A stretch of 64,000 bases of DNA from Pseudomonadota bacterium. Lineage in GTDB: Bacteria > Pseudomonadota > Alphaproteobacteria > Kiloniellales > J153. The notes under the pieces were generated by a model that had not been told where the DNA came from, did no database searches, and saw only the letters and a program-made list of their open reading frames with translations. How positions within the stretch are numbered: the stretch's first letter is position 1; every line of letters begins with the position of its first letter. This document shows, piece by piece, positions 1 to 9,786 of this stretch. Made by a program: the position numbers and the translations under genes. The stretch lies in assembly GCA_022572685.1 (NCBI GenBank), contig JACZVL010000001.1:3914-67913 (forward strand). Direction: 5' to 3'.

Positions 1-704
1 GCATCAGCATCGACGTGGCGAGGGGTGAGAAGCTCTCGATCATCGGGCCCAGCGGATCGGGCAAGACCACGCTCCTGCGTTGCATCAACTACCTGGAGAA
101 GCCGACCGCGGGCCACATCTACGTGGACGATAAGCTGATCGGAGAAAAGCAGGTGAACGGCAAGTTCGTGCACTTGAGCGATCGGGAATTGGCCAAGGAG
201 CGCGCCGAGATCGGCTTCGTCTTTCAGCGTTTCAACCTGTTTCCGCACCTGACGGCGCTCGACAACGTGTCGGTGGCGCCGCGCCGTGTCTTGGGCCTGG
301 AGAAACGCGACGCCGAGGAGCGCGCCCTCGCCATGCTCGAAAAGGTGGGCCTGGCGCACAAGGCCGGCGAGTACCCGGAGCGGCTGTCGGGCGGCCAGCA
401 GCAGCGGGTCGCGATAGCCCGGGTCTTGGTGATGCAACCAAAATTGATACTGCTTGACGAGGCGACCTCGGCCTTGGATCCGGAGCTGATCGGCGAGGTT
501 CTGAAAGTGATCCGCGAACTCGCCGAAGAGGGCCGCACCATGATCATGGTGACCCACGAGATCCCCTTCGCCGAAGAAATCTCCGACCGCGTGATCTTCA
601 TGGACGACGGCAAAATCGTCGAGGAAGGCCCGCCGCACGAGATCTTCTCGAACCCGACGCACGAGCGCACCCGGGTATTCCTGCGCCAGATCATCGATCG
701 TTGA
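1..704 (+). CDS. Polar amino-acid ABC transporter ATP-binding protein (5' end runs off window)
   Basis: Walker A GPSGSGKT, Q-loop FQRFNLFPH, signature LSGGQQQR, Walker B LLLDEATSALDPE; the frame is open to the window edge. Confidence 0.93.
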   Translation, partial: ISIDVARGEKLSIIGPSGSGKTTLLRCINYLEKPTAGHIYVDDKLIGEKQVNGKFVHLSDRELAKERAEIGFVFQRFNLFPHLTALDNVSVAPRRVLGLEKRDAEERALAMLEKVGLAHKAGEYPERLSGGQQQRVAIARVLVMQPKLILLDEATSALDPELIGEVLKVIRELAEEGRTMIMVTHEIPFAEEISDRVIFMDDGKIVEEGPPHEIFSNPTHERTRVFLRQIIDR

Positions 705-734
705 CCATGGGCAGCGCGGCCGCTCCTCGGTGTA

Positions 735-1412
735 ATGCCTGAGTTCTGGATCAAGATGTGGGAGTGGTGGCCGGAGATCTTTCCGGTGCTTCTCCGTGCC
801 ACCGCCATGACGGTACAGGTCATGATCGGGGCGCTGATCGTGGCGCTGATCCTGGGCATGGCCGTTGCGCTGATGCGCATATCGACATTCAAGCTGCTGC
901 GCTATCCGGCTCTGTTCTATACCGACGTGATGCGCGGTACGCCGGCGCTGGTACAGATTTTCATCATCTATTTCGGCCTATCGGACTTGGGCATCGAGTT
1001 CGATCCGGTCAGCGCCGCGATCATCGGCTTGGGCATGAACGGCGCCGCCTATGTCGGCGAAATCTACCGCGCCGGGATCGAGGCCATCCACAGGGGTCAG
1101 GTCGAGGCGGCGCTGTCGCTGGGCATGACTCCGGTCCGCGCCATGCGCTACATCATTTTGCCGCAGGCCCTGCGGCTGATGCTGCCGCCGCTATGCAACT
1201 ACGCGATCCTGTTGGTGAAGGATACCGCGATCATTTCGACCATCGCGGCGCCGGAGATCATGTTCGAGGCCCGCCGCCTCGTACAGGCGACCTTCATGTA
1301 CAGCATCAGCGGCCAGATCTACCTGATTTGCGCCGGTTTCTACCTGGCCCTGACCCTGCCCCTGTCCCAGGTGGCCAAGCGGCTTGAAAAGGCCAAGGAA
1401 CGGTGGCGATGA
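735..1412 (+). CDS. Polar amino-acid ABC transporter permease
   Basis: RGTPALVQ motif, EAA loop GQVEAALSLGM, LVKDTA; hydrophobic helices. Confidence 0.93.
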   Translation: MPEFWIKMWEWWPEIFPVLLRATAMTVQVMIGALIVALILGMAVALMRISTFKLLRYPALFYTDVMRGTPALVQIFIIYFGLSDLGIEFDPVSAAIIGLGMNGAAYVGEIYRAGIEAIHRGQVEAALSLGMTPVRAMRYIILPQALRLMLPPLCNYAILLVKDTAIISTIAAPEIMFEARRLVQATFMYSISGQIYLICAGFYLALTLPLSQVAKRLEKAKERWR

Positions 1413-1428
1413 CGCGGGGGGCAGCACG

Positions 1429-2115
1429 GTGATCGACTTCCTGCGAGGTTACGAGGACTATCTCGGCGGTTGGCTCTGGGAGATGGGCATCGCCTCGCTC
1501 GCCACGCTCCAGCTGATGTTCGTGTCGTTCTGGCTCGCCTGCGCCATCGGGATGGTCGCGGCCCTGATCCCCATGGCGCGCATCAAGTCGCTCAACCTCT
1601 TGGTGAAACTGTACATCGGCTTCTTCCGCGGCGTGCCGGTTCTCGTCATTCTCTATTGGATCTATTTCGCGCTGCCGGAAATGGGCTACGAGGTCCTGGT
1701 GGTCTCATCCTATACGGCCGCGATCCTCGGGCTCGGCATACACGGCGGCGCCTTTCTCGCCGAGATCTTCCGCTCGGGGATCGAATCGCTGCACAAGGGG
1801 CAGATGGAAGCGGCCCTGTCGCTCGGCATGACCCCGGCCAAGGCGATGGCCTATATCGTCCTGCCGCAGGCGATTCGGGTCGTGCTGCCGCCGATCGCGA
1901 ACTTCGCGGTCGGCCTGCTCAAGGAAACCGCGCTGTGCTCCATCATCGCCGCGCCAGAGCTGATGCTGCGGGCCAAGGACCTGGCGTCATCGTCCTTCCT
2001 GCCCATGCACGCTTTCGTGATGGCGGCGGTCTTTTACTACATCATGAGTTTCCCGCTGATGCGCGCGGTCGAGTACCTGGAAGTCAAGATGGGAAAGGGA
2101 CTGCGGACCGGGTAA
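1429..2115 (+). CDS. Polar amino-acid ABC transporter permease (second)
   Basis: FRGVPVLV, GQMEAALSLGM, LLKETA; start placed at GTG 1429. Confidence 0.9.
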   Translation: MIDFLRGYEDYLGGWLWEMGIASLATLQLMFVSFWLACAIGMVAALIPMARIKSLNLLVKLYIGFFRGVPVLVILYWIYFALPEMGYEVLVVSSYTAAILGLGIHGGAFLAEIFRSGIESLHKGQMEAALSLGMTPAKAMAYIVLPQAIRVVLPPIANFAVGLLKETALCSIIAAPELMLRAKDLASSSFLPMHAFVMAAVFYYIMSFPLMRAVEYLEVKMGKGLRTG

Positions 2116-2128
2116 GCCCGGATGCCGC

Positions 2129-3223
2129 TCACGCCATGCCGTAGCGCTCGATTGCATCGGCGCGGATATCGGTTCCGATCCCGGGTTCCTGCGGCACCAC
2201 GGCGTGGCCTCGGTCGATCACGACCGGGCGCTCGAAGATCGGGGCCAGCCATGGGATATATTCGATCATCAGGCCGTGGCGCGTGACCGCCATCAGGTGG
2301 ACATCGATCTGCATCAGGTTGAACCCCGCCGGCACCACCGGCAAGCCGAACGAGCGGGCGAGCTCCGCCACCTCCATCCAGCAGGTGATGCCGCCGAGCT
2401 TCAGCACGTCGGGCTGCGCGATGCCCAGTGCCCCGGCGGCCATGAAGTCGCGAAACATGCGCTTGTCGTAGAGCGTCTCGCCGGCCAGGATCGGAATCTC
2501 GGTCTCGCGCGCTAGAGCCGCGTGGGCCGGAACGTCGAAGGGATGCAGGGGCTCCTCCAGCCAATAAGGCCGGTAATCCGCAAAGCGGCGAACGGCGCGC
2601 CGGGCCTCGGCCAGATCCCAACGCCCATTGGCGTCGATCATGACCGGATAGTCGGGTCCGACCGCATCGCGCACGGCGGCGAGGCGCTGGCAATCCTCCG
2701 CGATCTCCGGCTTGCCCACCTTCATCTTGAAGCCGCGGAAACCGGCCGCCTTCACCGTCCTGGCGTTGGCCACCAGCTCCGCCTCGCTGAACCCGAGCCA
2801 ACCGCCGTCGGTGCTGTAGACGGGAACGCGCGTGACGCCGTGGCCTCCCAGGATCGCCCAGAGAGGCTTTCCGGCGGCTTTCGCGATGATGTCCCATAGC
2901 GCGATCTCGGGCGCGGCCACGCCTTGAACCGCGATCCCCGTGATCCCGGTAAAGTGCCGCTCGAGATAGACGGTTCGCCACAGGTGATTGACCTGGAGCG
3001 GGTCCTTCCCGAGAAGCTTCGGTGCGAGATCGACCTCGATCAGGATCTTGAGCGCGGCGCTGCCCTCGGCGAGTGTACAGTTGTAGCCCCAGCCGATGAT
3101 CCCGTCGTCGGTCGTCACGCGGGTGGCGATGACGTCCCAGTGCGTCAGGTCGGTCATGGCATCGGCCACGGCATCCGGCAGCTCGAGACGCAGCCAGAAG
3201 ACCTCGATTTCTTCGATGCGCAT
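2129..3223 (-). CDS. Mandelate racemase/muconate lactonizing enzyme family protein
   Basis: ALWDIIAKAAGKPLWAILGG, KMK, metal ligands D-A-N / E-E-P / G-E, C-terminal PGIG. Confidence 0.9.
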   Translation of the reverse strand: MRIEEIEVFWLRLELPDAVADAMTDLTHWDVIATRVTTDDGIIGWGYNCTLAEGSAALKILIEVDLAPKLLGKDPLQVNHLWRTVYLERHFTGITGIAVQGVAAPEIALWDIIAKAAGKPLWAILGGHGVTRVPVYSTDGGWLGFSEAELVANARTVKAAGFRGFKMKVGKPEIAEDCQRLAAVRDAVGPDYPVMIDANGRWDLAEARRAVRRFADYRPYWLEEPLHPFDVPAHAALARETEIPILAGETLYDKRMFRDFMAAGALGIAQPDVLKLGGITCWMEVAELARSFGLPVVPAGFNLMQIDVHLMAVTRHGLMIEYIPWLAPIFERPVVIDRGHAVVPQEPGIGTDIRADAIERYGMA

Positions 3224-3232
3224 GGCGCCGGT

Positions 3233-4054
3233 CTATCCGGTCCCGTCGAACAGAAACTTGGCGTTTCGCGCGCAGATAGCGCCGTGCAGGGTTAGGGCCG
3301 CCGCGTCGAACTCGGCCGCCGGGCGCGGCTCGTGCTCGAAGTGGTTATCCGGGTCGGCGCCGCGAACCAGGGTCGCGCTGTCGCTGTCGCCGCGAGCCTG
3401 ACGGACCGTGGTCGGGATATAGCGGATCGAGAAGCCGACGCGGCGGCGATCGGACCGGTTGGGCGCCGAGCCATGGAACAGCTTGGCGTGATGGAGCGAC
3501 ATCTGACCGGGCAGCAGTTCCACGTCGACCGCGCGGGATTCGTCGACCCCCGCCGCGATTTCCTGGCCGCGGCTCAACAGGTTGTGCTCGCCGTAGGTAT
3601 CCCGGTGCGGCATGGCCGCGCCGAGATGGCTGCCCGGAACGACCCGCATGCAGCCATTCTCCGAGCTACTCTCCGAAAGCGCCAACCAGGCAGTGACCAC
3701 ATCGGGGGGTTCCAGCCCCCAGTAGGTCAGGTCCTGGTGCCAGGACACGTAGCGGGGGTCCGCCGAATCCTTCGCGAAGATGCTGGAGCTCCAGGCCAGG
3801 ATGTCGGCGCCCAGTAGATCCTCAACGGCGTCCAGGATCGCCGGTAGATGCAGCAGCTCGTCGAGGCAGCGGAACACCAGATGCGATTTCATCTTGAGCA
3901 CGGCGGCCGCTTCGGTGCGCCCGGCCGCCGCCCGGTCAAGCCGTGCCAGGAAGGCGGCCGCGTCGTCCGGCGCCAGGACCGTGATCGGGCTACAGTAACC
4001 CTGGTCCCGGTAGCGCCCAATCTCGGCCGTCGAAAGTCGCTTCGGCATAGGCAA
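3233..4054 (-). CDS. Phytanoyl-CoA dioxygenase family Fe(II)/2-oxoglutarate oxygenase
   Basis: WHQD...HGS facial triad, ENGCMRVVPGSH, NRSDRRR. Confidence 0.9.
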   Translation of the reverse strand: MPMPKRLSTAEIGRYRDQGYCSPITVLAPDDAAAFLARLDRAAAGRTEAAAVLKMKSHLVFRCLDELLHLPAILDAVEDLLGADILAWSSSIFAKDSADPRYVSWHQDLTYWGLEPPDVVTAWLALSESSSENGCMRVVPGSHLGAAMPHRDTYGEHNLLSRGQEIAAGVDESRAVDVELLPGQMSLHHAKLFHGSAPNRSDRRRVGFSIRYIPTTVRQARGDSDSATLVRGADPDNHFEHEPRPAAEFDAAALTLHGAICARNAKFLFDGTG

Positions 4055-4154
4055 GCCCCGCTGCGTTGCCGCCGCGGCGGCAAGTTGATATCATTCAATC
4101 CTAACGTTTTTTACGACCCGAATTCCAGGTCGCAATTGCCGGGGGAACGCGAAC

Positions 4155-5309
4155 GTGAAGGTCGTCAAACTGGAGGCCTATCCGACCCGGGTGGCCTACA
4201 AGCATACCGAAGTCAGCTCCCTGATCGCACGCGGCGGCGTGACCGATACGATTCTCAAGCTGACCACCGACGACGGCCTCGTCGGCTGGGGCGAGTGCAC
4301 CCGCGCCGCCGATGCGGCCGGGATCGAGAGCGCGGTCAAGGCGATGGCCCCCATGGTCCTGGGTCGGGATCCCTGGGACAAGGAGGCGATCCAGCGCGAT
4401 CTCTACATTGGCGGGCTCTGGGAATTCCAGCCGATGACCGGCAACTTCGCCTACGCCGGGATCGACATGGCGCTCTGGGATCTCTGCGGCAAGGCCTGCG
4501 GCCAGCCGCTCTATCGCCTGTTCGGCGGCGCCCTGCGCGAGGCGGTCGATTATTTCTATTACATGGAACGCGGCGACGAGGCCGAGATCGAGGCGCAAGG
4601 CCGCGACGGCGTCGCGCGCGGCTATACGGTCTTTTATCTCAAGGTCGGCATCGATTCCGACGCCGAGGCGGTCATGCTGGCGGCCCTGCGTCGTGCGATC
4701 GGGCCGGAGCGCAAGATCCGCATCGACGTCAACCAGGCCTGGAATCTGCCCCAGGCCGAACGCCTTCTGAACGCCTGGCACGAAGCCTACGACCTCGATT
4801 TCGTCGAGGCGCCGGTCCCGATCGACCCGGTCGAGAACTTCCTCGAACTAAAGCGCCGGGTCACGGTCCCGCTCTGCGTCAACGAGGGTTTGTGGCGCGA
4901 GGCCGATGCCTACCGCATCATCAAGAGCCGCTGCGCCGATTACCTCTGCTTCAGCTCCTACTGGGTCGGCTCGCTCAGCTGTTTTTTCAACCTGGTCCGG
5001 GTCGCGCATTTGGAGGGCTGGCAGATCTGCAAGCATACCCACGGTGAGCTCGGCCTGACCGCCGCCGGCCAACACATGATGCTCGCCGCACCGAATGCTT
5101 GCGACGGGCATCAACAGACCGCGCAGAATCTGGAAGGCGATATCCTGACCGAATCCTTGCCGATCGCGGATGGCCCCAAGTGGGGGCGCATCGAGCAGCC
5201 GGGGCTCGGCGTCGAGGTCGACGAAGACAAGCTCCTGGCCTTCCACGAGGCCTACCGCGAGCATGGCGAATTTCCACCCTACGGCGACCGCTTCCCTCTA
5301 CAGGGATAG
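4155..5309 (+). CDS. Enolase superfamily (mandelate racemase-like) enzyme
   Basis: DDGLVGWGE, IDMALWDLCGKACGQPLYRLFGG, IDVNQAW, PGLGVEVDE. Confidence 0.88.
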   Translation: MKVVKLEAYPTRVAYKHTEVSSLIARGGVTDTILKLTTDDGLVGWGECTRAADAAGIESAVKAMAPMVLGRDPWDKEAIQRDLYIGGLWEFQPMTGNFAYAGIDMALWDLCGKACGQPLYRLFGGALREAVDYFYYMERGDEAEIEAQGRDGVARGYTVFYLKVGIDSDAEAVMLAALRRAIGPERKIRIDVNQAWNLPQAERLLNAWHEAYDLDFVEAPVPIDPVENFLELKRRVTVPLCVNEGLWREADAYRIIKSRCADYLCFSSYWVGSLSCFFNLVRVAHLEGWQICKHTHGELGLTAAGQHMMLAAPNACDGHQQTAQNLEGDILTESLPIADGPKWGRIEQPGLGVEVDEDKLLAFHEAYREHGEFPPYGDRFPLQG

Positions 5310-5425
5310 GCGCGGGAGACACCGCCGCTACCGGTATTCCGCGCAACCTCGATCCGAGAATCACCAGGAAGACCGTCGGTGCGGCACCCGTCGTCAATGA
5401 TCGGTTGCCGCACCGACAGCAGAAA

Positions 5426-6422
5426 TTACTTGTCCTTCCACAATTCCCGGAACCGCGGAATCTGGTCGGCGATCCATTCGAAGCCGTGGACGTTCTTGCC
5501 CGTCGCCCCATACTCAACGGCAAAGAACAAGGGCACGTTCGGAATATCCTCGATCAGGATTTTCTGAACTTCCGAATACAGTGGTTTTCGCACCGCGAGG
5601 TCGTCGGTTCCGCGGGCCTCATCCAACAGCGCGTCCATCTTCGGATTGTTGTAGCCGGTGGAATTTGCAAAGCCCTTGCTGTGGAACAGGATGTACAGCA
5701 AACCATCCGGGTCGGGCCGTTGCGTCCAACGGGTCGGCGTGAAGTTGACGAGCCGCTTGACGACGCGACCGTACCATTCCTTCCGTGCCACAGGCTTGAT
5801 CGTGACCGTCATCCCGGCGGCCGCGAGCTGCTCTTGAACGAGCTGGCTGATCTGTTGATAGATGGAAGCGGTCGATGAATAGAGCACCAGCTCCGTACCC
5901 GGCTGGTAACCGGCCTTCACGAGGTATTCCTTCGCCTTGCCCACGTCATAGGAGTAGCTCTTGATGGTTTCATCGTACCACCATAGGCCCGGCGGTGTCG
6001 GGCCGTTGGCGATCTCGGCCTTGCCGGCCATGGTAATTTCCACGATCCGCTTGCGGTCGATGGCGTGCGCGATGGCCCGGCGGAGGTTGACGTTGTCGAA
6101 GGGCGCTTCATACACGTGCCATTGCAGCGAATACCACCTTCCGACCGTGGCCCGGTAGAGCTTGATGTCGGTGTTATTTTCTATCGGCCGAATATCGTTG
6201 GGTGAAAGCTGACCGACATAGTCGAGTTCACCGGTGGCGAGGCGCTGCAAGCCAACGATGGAGGCCGAGGTATCCTGGAAATTGACCGCGTCAAGATATG
6301 GCAACCCCTGTTCCCAATAATCCTTGTTGCGTTCCACCAGAATATGGCTGCCGCGCACCCATTCCTTGAAAACAAAGGCGCCTGTGCCGACCGGATTGCT
6401 GCCGAAATCCTTGCCCCATTTT
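5426..6422 (-). pseudogene. 5'-truncated family 5 (peptide/opine/nickel) ABC substrate-binding protein
   Basis: Homology-like sequence starts at KWGKDFGSNPVGTGAFVFKEW, directly after an in-frame TAA; PFDNVNLRRAIAHAIDR present; no signal peptide or N-terminal third. Confidence 0.75.
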
Positions 6423-6594
6423 TACGGTTCTTGGCGCAGGGTAGGGCCTTCGAAAATCTCTGCTGTGTTCCGCTCTTTCCCGATATCGCGTATTGCGCGC
6501 TTTCTCATTTTGTCTTATGGTATACCGTATTATTAAACACGCCAAGCGTGGTTTATAAACCGGCATCGGCTCTTCGGATACAGAGGATAAGGCA

Positions 6595-7773
6595 ATGAAG
6601 TTCGGTTACTTCCACAATATTCACGACATCACGTTGAAGCGGGATTACGAGGATCTGCTGAACGAGATGCGTGAGATCGCGGCGATCTGCGACGATGGTG
6701 GCATCCACTGTTTCTGGTTGCCCGAACATCACTTCAGCATCTGGGGCCGCGAGTTGATGCCCAATCCGGTGCTCATGGCCGCCGACATCGGCGCTCGAAC
6801 CAAAAACATGCGGATCGGGCTGGCGGCGGCGATCATCACCTTTTGGCACCCCTTGCGCCTGGCCGAGGACATCTCTCTCCTGGACAATCTGATCGGAGGT
6901 CGCCTGGAGTTGGCGGTCGGGCGTGGCAACTACGGACTGGAAGCCTTGAATCTGAACCCGGCCGCCGATCCCAACGATCCAGAACGCAATTTCAAGGTCT
7001 TCAAGGAAACCTTCCACATTCTGAAAACGGCCCTGACTAATGAGCGGTTCTCCCACAAAGGAGATCTCTACACTTATCCGGCACCGGGATTCAAGGTGGA
7101 CCGGGCGCACACCGTCGATGACCCCGACTATATCGACCCGGAGACCGGGGAGCTGATTAAAATCTCGATCTATCCGCGGCCGAAGCAGACCCCCTATCCG
7201 CCCCTCTGGCAGGTGGTCAGCGCATCGCCCTTATCGCTTCAATTCGCGGCGGAGAACGACATGGGCATCATCATGTGGCGCCATCCGGTGAAGTTCCTCA
7301 AGAACCGGCTGCGCATGTATCGGGATTTTGCCTCGAAGGCCACCGGCCGGGAGCTCCCCTTCGGCGCCCGAACGGCTATTCTCCGTGACACCTATATCGC
7401 CGAGAGCGAAGCGGAGGCCCGTAAGATCGCCGGGGATGCTGTCATGGGTTCGTTCAATTTCAGCAACTGGCGCGGCCCCGGGGTCTACCTGAATCCCGAT
7501 GAGAAACTGGATCCGGAGCTTGAGGCCAGTCTCAACGACGAACTGACCTTTGATTTCGTGAACCAGCGGTCGCTGTTGTTCGGATCGCCCGAACAGGTCG
7601 TCGACAAGCTGATGGAGCTATGGGAGGAGACCCATATCGAGCAGGTGGCGTTCAAGTGCTCGTGGCCAGGTTTCCCCCACGAACACACCATCCGCAGCAT
7701 CAAACTTCTCATCGGTGAAGTGATTCCAGAAGTCAATCGGCGGCTTCAGGCACAGGCGAACGCCGCTGAGTGA
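6595..7773 (+). CDS. LLM-class (luciferase-like) flavin-dependent oxidoreductase
   Basis: MKFG start, WLPEHHFS, HPLRLAED, GRLELAVGRG, FGSPEQV. Confidence 0.92.
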   Translation: MKFGYFHNIHDITLKRDYEDLLNEMREIAAICDDGGIHCFWLPEHHFSIWGRELMPNPVLMAADIGARTKNMRIGLAAAIITFWHPLRLAEDISLLDNLIGGRLELAVGRGNYGLEALNLNPAADPNDPERNFKVFKETFHILKTALTNERFSHKGDLYTYPAPGFKVDRAHTVDDPDYIDPETGELIKISIYPRPKQTPYPPLWQVVSASPLSLQFAAENDMGIIMWRHPVKFLKNRLRMYRDFASKATGRELPFGARTAILRDTYIAESEAEARKIAGDAVMGSFNFSNWRGPGVYLNPDEKLDPELEASLNDELTFDFVNQRSLLFGSPEQVVDKLMELWEETHIEQVAFKCSWPGFPHEHTIRSIKLLIGEVIPEVNRRLQAQANAAE

Positions 7774-7785
7774 TTTTTCCGGCTT

Positions 7786-7845
7786 CCCACTGTCTGCCCC
7801 ACTGTCTGCCCCACTGCCCGCCCCACTGCCCGCCCCACTGCCCAC
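7786..7845. repeat. 12-bp tandem repeat x5 (CCCACTGYCYGC) between convergent genes
   Basis: cccactgtctgc x2, cccactgcccgc x2, cccactgcccac. Confidence 0.9.
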
Positions 7846-7850
7846 ATCGT

Positions 7851-8831
7851 CTAGTGCCCGCTGTCCCGCGGCGGCCGCGGTTGATAGGCCGCCTCGAGGG
7901 CCGCGACGTCGTCTTCATCCAGACTGATATCGAGGGTCGCCAACGCCTCATCGATATGTTCCGGACGGGTCGCGCCAAAGATCGGCGCCGTAATTCCGGG
8001 TTGTTGCAGAACCCAGGCAAGGGCCACCTGTGCGGTGGTCAAGTTGCGGACGTCGGCGATCTTTTTTGTCGCCTCATAGACGGCGAAATCGCCATCCCGG
8101 TAATAGTACTTGTGAGTATATGAATCGCTCTCCGTCCGTCGGGTCGCGTTCTCGGTCCGCCGCCGGTCGGCACAAAGGAACCCGCGTGCGAAGGGGCTAA
8201 AGGGGATCAGCGCGACGCCCTCGGCGCGGCAAAGGGGGATCAGTTCCCTTTCCACTTCCCGATGGCAGAGATTGTATTCGCACTGCATGGACACGAAGGG
8301 CGGCGCCAGAGTCGTCGCCGCGATATGCTGAATCTTGGCGAAACACCACGCCGGCAGAGTCGTCACGCCGACGTATCGCACCTTTCCGGCACGGACCACG
8401 TCCGCGAATGCGTCGACCAATTCGTCCAAATTCGTCTCAGGGTCCCAGATGTGGGTTTGGTAGAGATCGATATAGTCCGTTTTCAAGCGCTTCAAAGAGG
8501 CATCGACCCCATCGAAGATGTGCTTGCGGGAAAACCCGCGAGCGTTCGGGTGGTCCGACATGGGGTTGCCAACCTTGGTGGCCACGATGACTTCGTCCCG
8601 GGGGGCGTATTCGAGAAGCGCGCGCCCCAGGATGGTTTCACTCTCGCCGATGGAATAGAAATCGCAGGTGTCGAAAAAATTGATGCCGCTGTCCAGCGCC
8701 TTTTTGATAATGGCCCGGCTATCGGAGTCGTCGAGCACCCATTCGCGCCAGTCGCGCGACCCAAACCCCATGGCCCCCAAGGCAAGGCGAGAGACTTTCA
8801 GATTGGATTTTCCGAATCGAATATACTGCAT
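7851..8831 (-). CDS. Aldo/keto reductase
   Basis: LKVSRLALGAM, FFDTCDFYS, ATKVG, LKTDYIDLYQTH, FSPFARG. Confidence 0.93.
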   Translation of the reverse strand: MQYIRFGKSNLKVSRLALGAMGFGSRDWREWVLDDSDSRAIIKKALDSGINFFDTCDFYSIGESETILGRALLEYAPRDEVIVATKVGNPMSDHPNARGFSRKHIFDGVDASLKRLKTDYIDLYQTHIWDPETNLDELVDAFADVVRAGKVRYVGVTTLPAWCFAKIQHIAATTLAPPFVSMQCEYNLCHREVERELIPLCRAEGVALIPFSPFARGFLCADRRRTENATRRTESDSYTHKYYYRDGDFAVYEATKKIADVRNLTTAQVALAWVLQQPGITAPIFGATRPEHIDEALATLDISLDEDDVAALEAAYQPRPPRDSGH

Positions 8832-8861
8832 CTCGGTCAGAGCGCTCCTTGGTCGGTAACG

Positions 8862-9569
8862 TCATGTGATGGATTCGTCTTCGTGTTCGCGTAGAACCTT
8901 GGCCGCAAATTTCGCCGACCTTTCAACGAATTCTCGGCAGTGCCTGGCCGTTGCCGGGGCGTCCCGGCGCAACGCCGCGTCAACGATCTCACGCATTCTG
9001 GCGTTGGTTTCCGCCTTGTATTCCGAATCCGACGCCTGCGCGGTCAATGCGCGGAGATAGTTCATGCGGGCCCGCAAGGTGCGGAGAACGGCCTTGGCCA
9101 CGTCGTTTCCCGCGCCGGTCAACAAAACCTCGTAAAATTCGTCGAGAGCCTGCACGTAGGGCATGACGGTGGATTTCTTGACCGATTTTTCCAACCGATT
9201 GAAGGCAGCTTCCAGGGCCTTGAGCTCCTTGTCGCTGGCCCGCTTGACGAACATCCGACCGGCGGCGGATTCGAGTGACGCACGGACTTCGTAAATTTGC
9301 CACGCCTCACCGGCGGATACCGTCGCCACGTAGAGGCCCTTGTTCTGGACCCGTTTGACCAGGCCCTCCGATTCCAGGTGTTGCAAGGCTTCGCGAACAC
9401 AAGTCCGGCTGACACCCGTCTGTTCACATAAGGAGCGCTCGATCAATCTTTGTTTGGGTTTGAAATGCATGCTGAGAATGGCGTTCCTCAGAGCCTCGGT
9501 CGTCAACTCGCGAAGATTCGGAGAGCTCTTGACTACTCTGATTGCGTCATTGGCGGTCAAATTCGTCAT
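8862..9569 (-). CDS. GntR (FadR subfamily, FCD domain) transcriptional regulator
   Basis: wHTH LIERSLCEQTGVSRTCVREALQHLESEGLV; IYEVRASLE. Confidence 0.92.
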   Translation of the reverse strand: MTNLTANDAIRVVKSSPNLRELTTEALRNAILSMHFKPKQRLIERSLCEQTGVSRTCVREALQHLESEGLVKRVQNKGLYVATVSAGEAWQIYEVRASLESAAGRMFVKRASDKELKALEAAFNRLEKSVKKSTVMPYVQALDEFYEVLLTGAGNDVAKAVLRTLRARMNYLRALTAQASDSEYKAETNARMREIVDAALRRDAPATARHCREFVERSAKFAAKVLREHEDESIT

Positions 9570-9570
9570 C

Positions 9571-9621
9571 CCGTGGTTCCTGTCTGGCCGTGGTTCCTGT
9601 TTGGCCGTGGTTCCTGTCTGG
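9571..9621. repeat. 17-bp tandem repeat x3 immediately upstream of the GntR start codon
   Basis: ccgtggttcctgtctgg / ccgtggttcctgtttgg / ccgtggttcctgtctgg. Confidence 0.9.
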
Positions 9622-9721
9622 GCCGCGCCGGCTTGTCGACCATCGCGCCATGGCGCAGCAAAGACCTCAGCTTATACCCCAGATTCCAATAAATCCCAGA
9701 TCCCCCAGAAATCTCCCTAGG

Positions 9722-9753
9722 TTGTACAATATTATTGTATAATGGTATACCAT
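9722..9753. promoter_or_regulatory. Putative GntR operator region in a divergent promoter
   Basis: Nested palindromes TTGTACAA, TACAATA-T-TATTGTA and ATGGTATACCAT; contains TATAAT. Confidence 0.6.
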
Positions 9754-9786
9754 AAATAAATCGAAGCACAACAAGGAGCTGGACTG

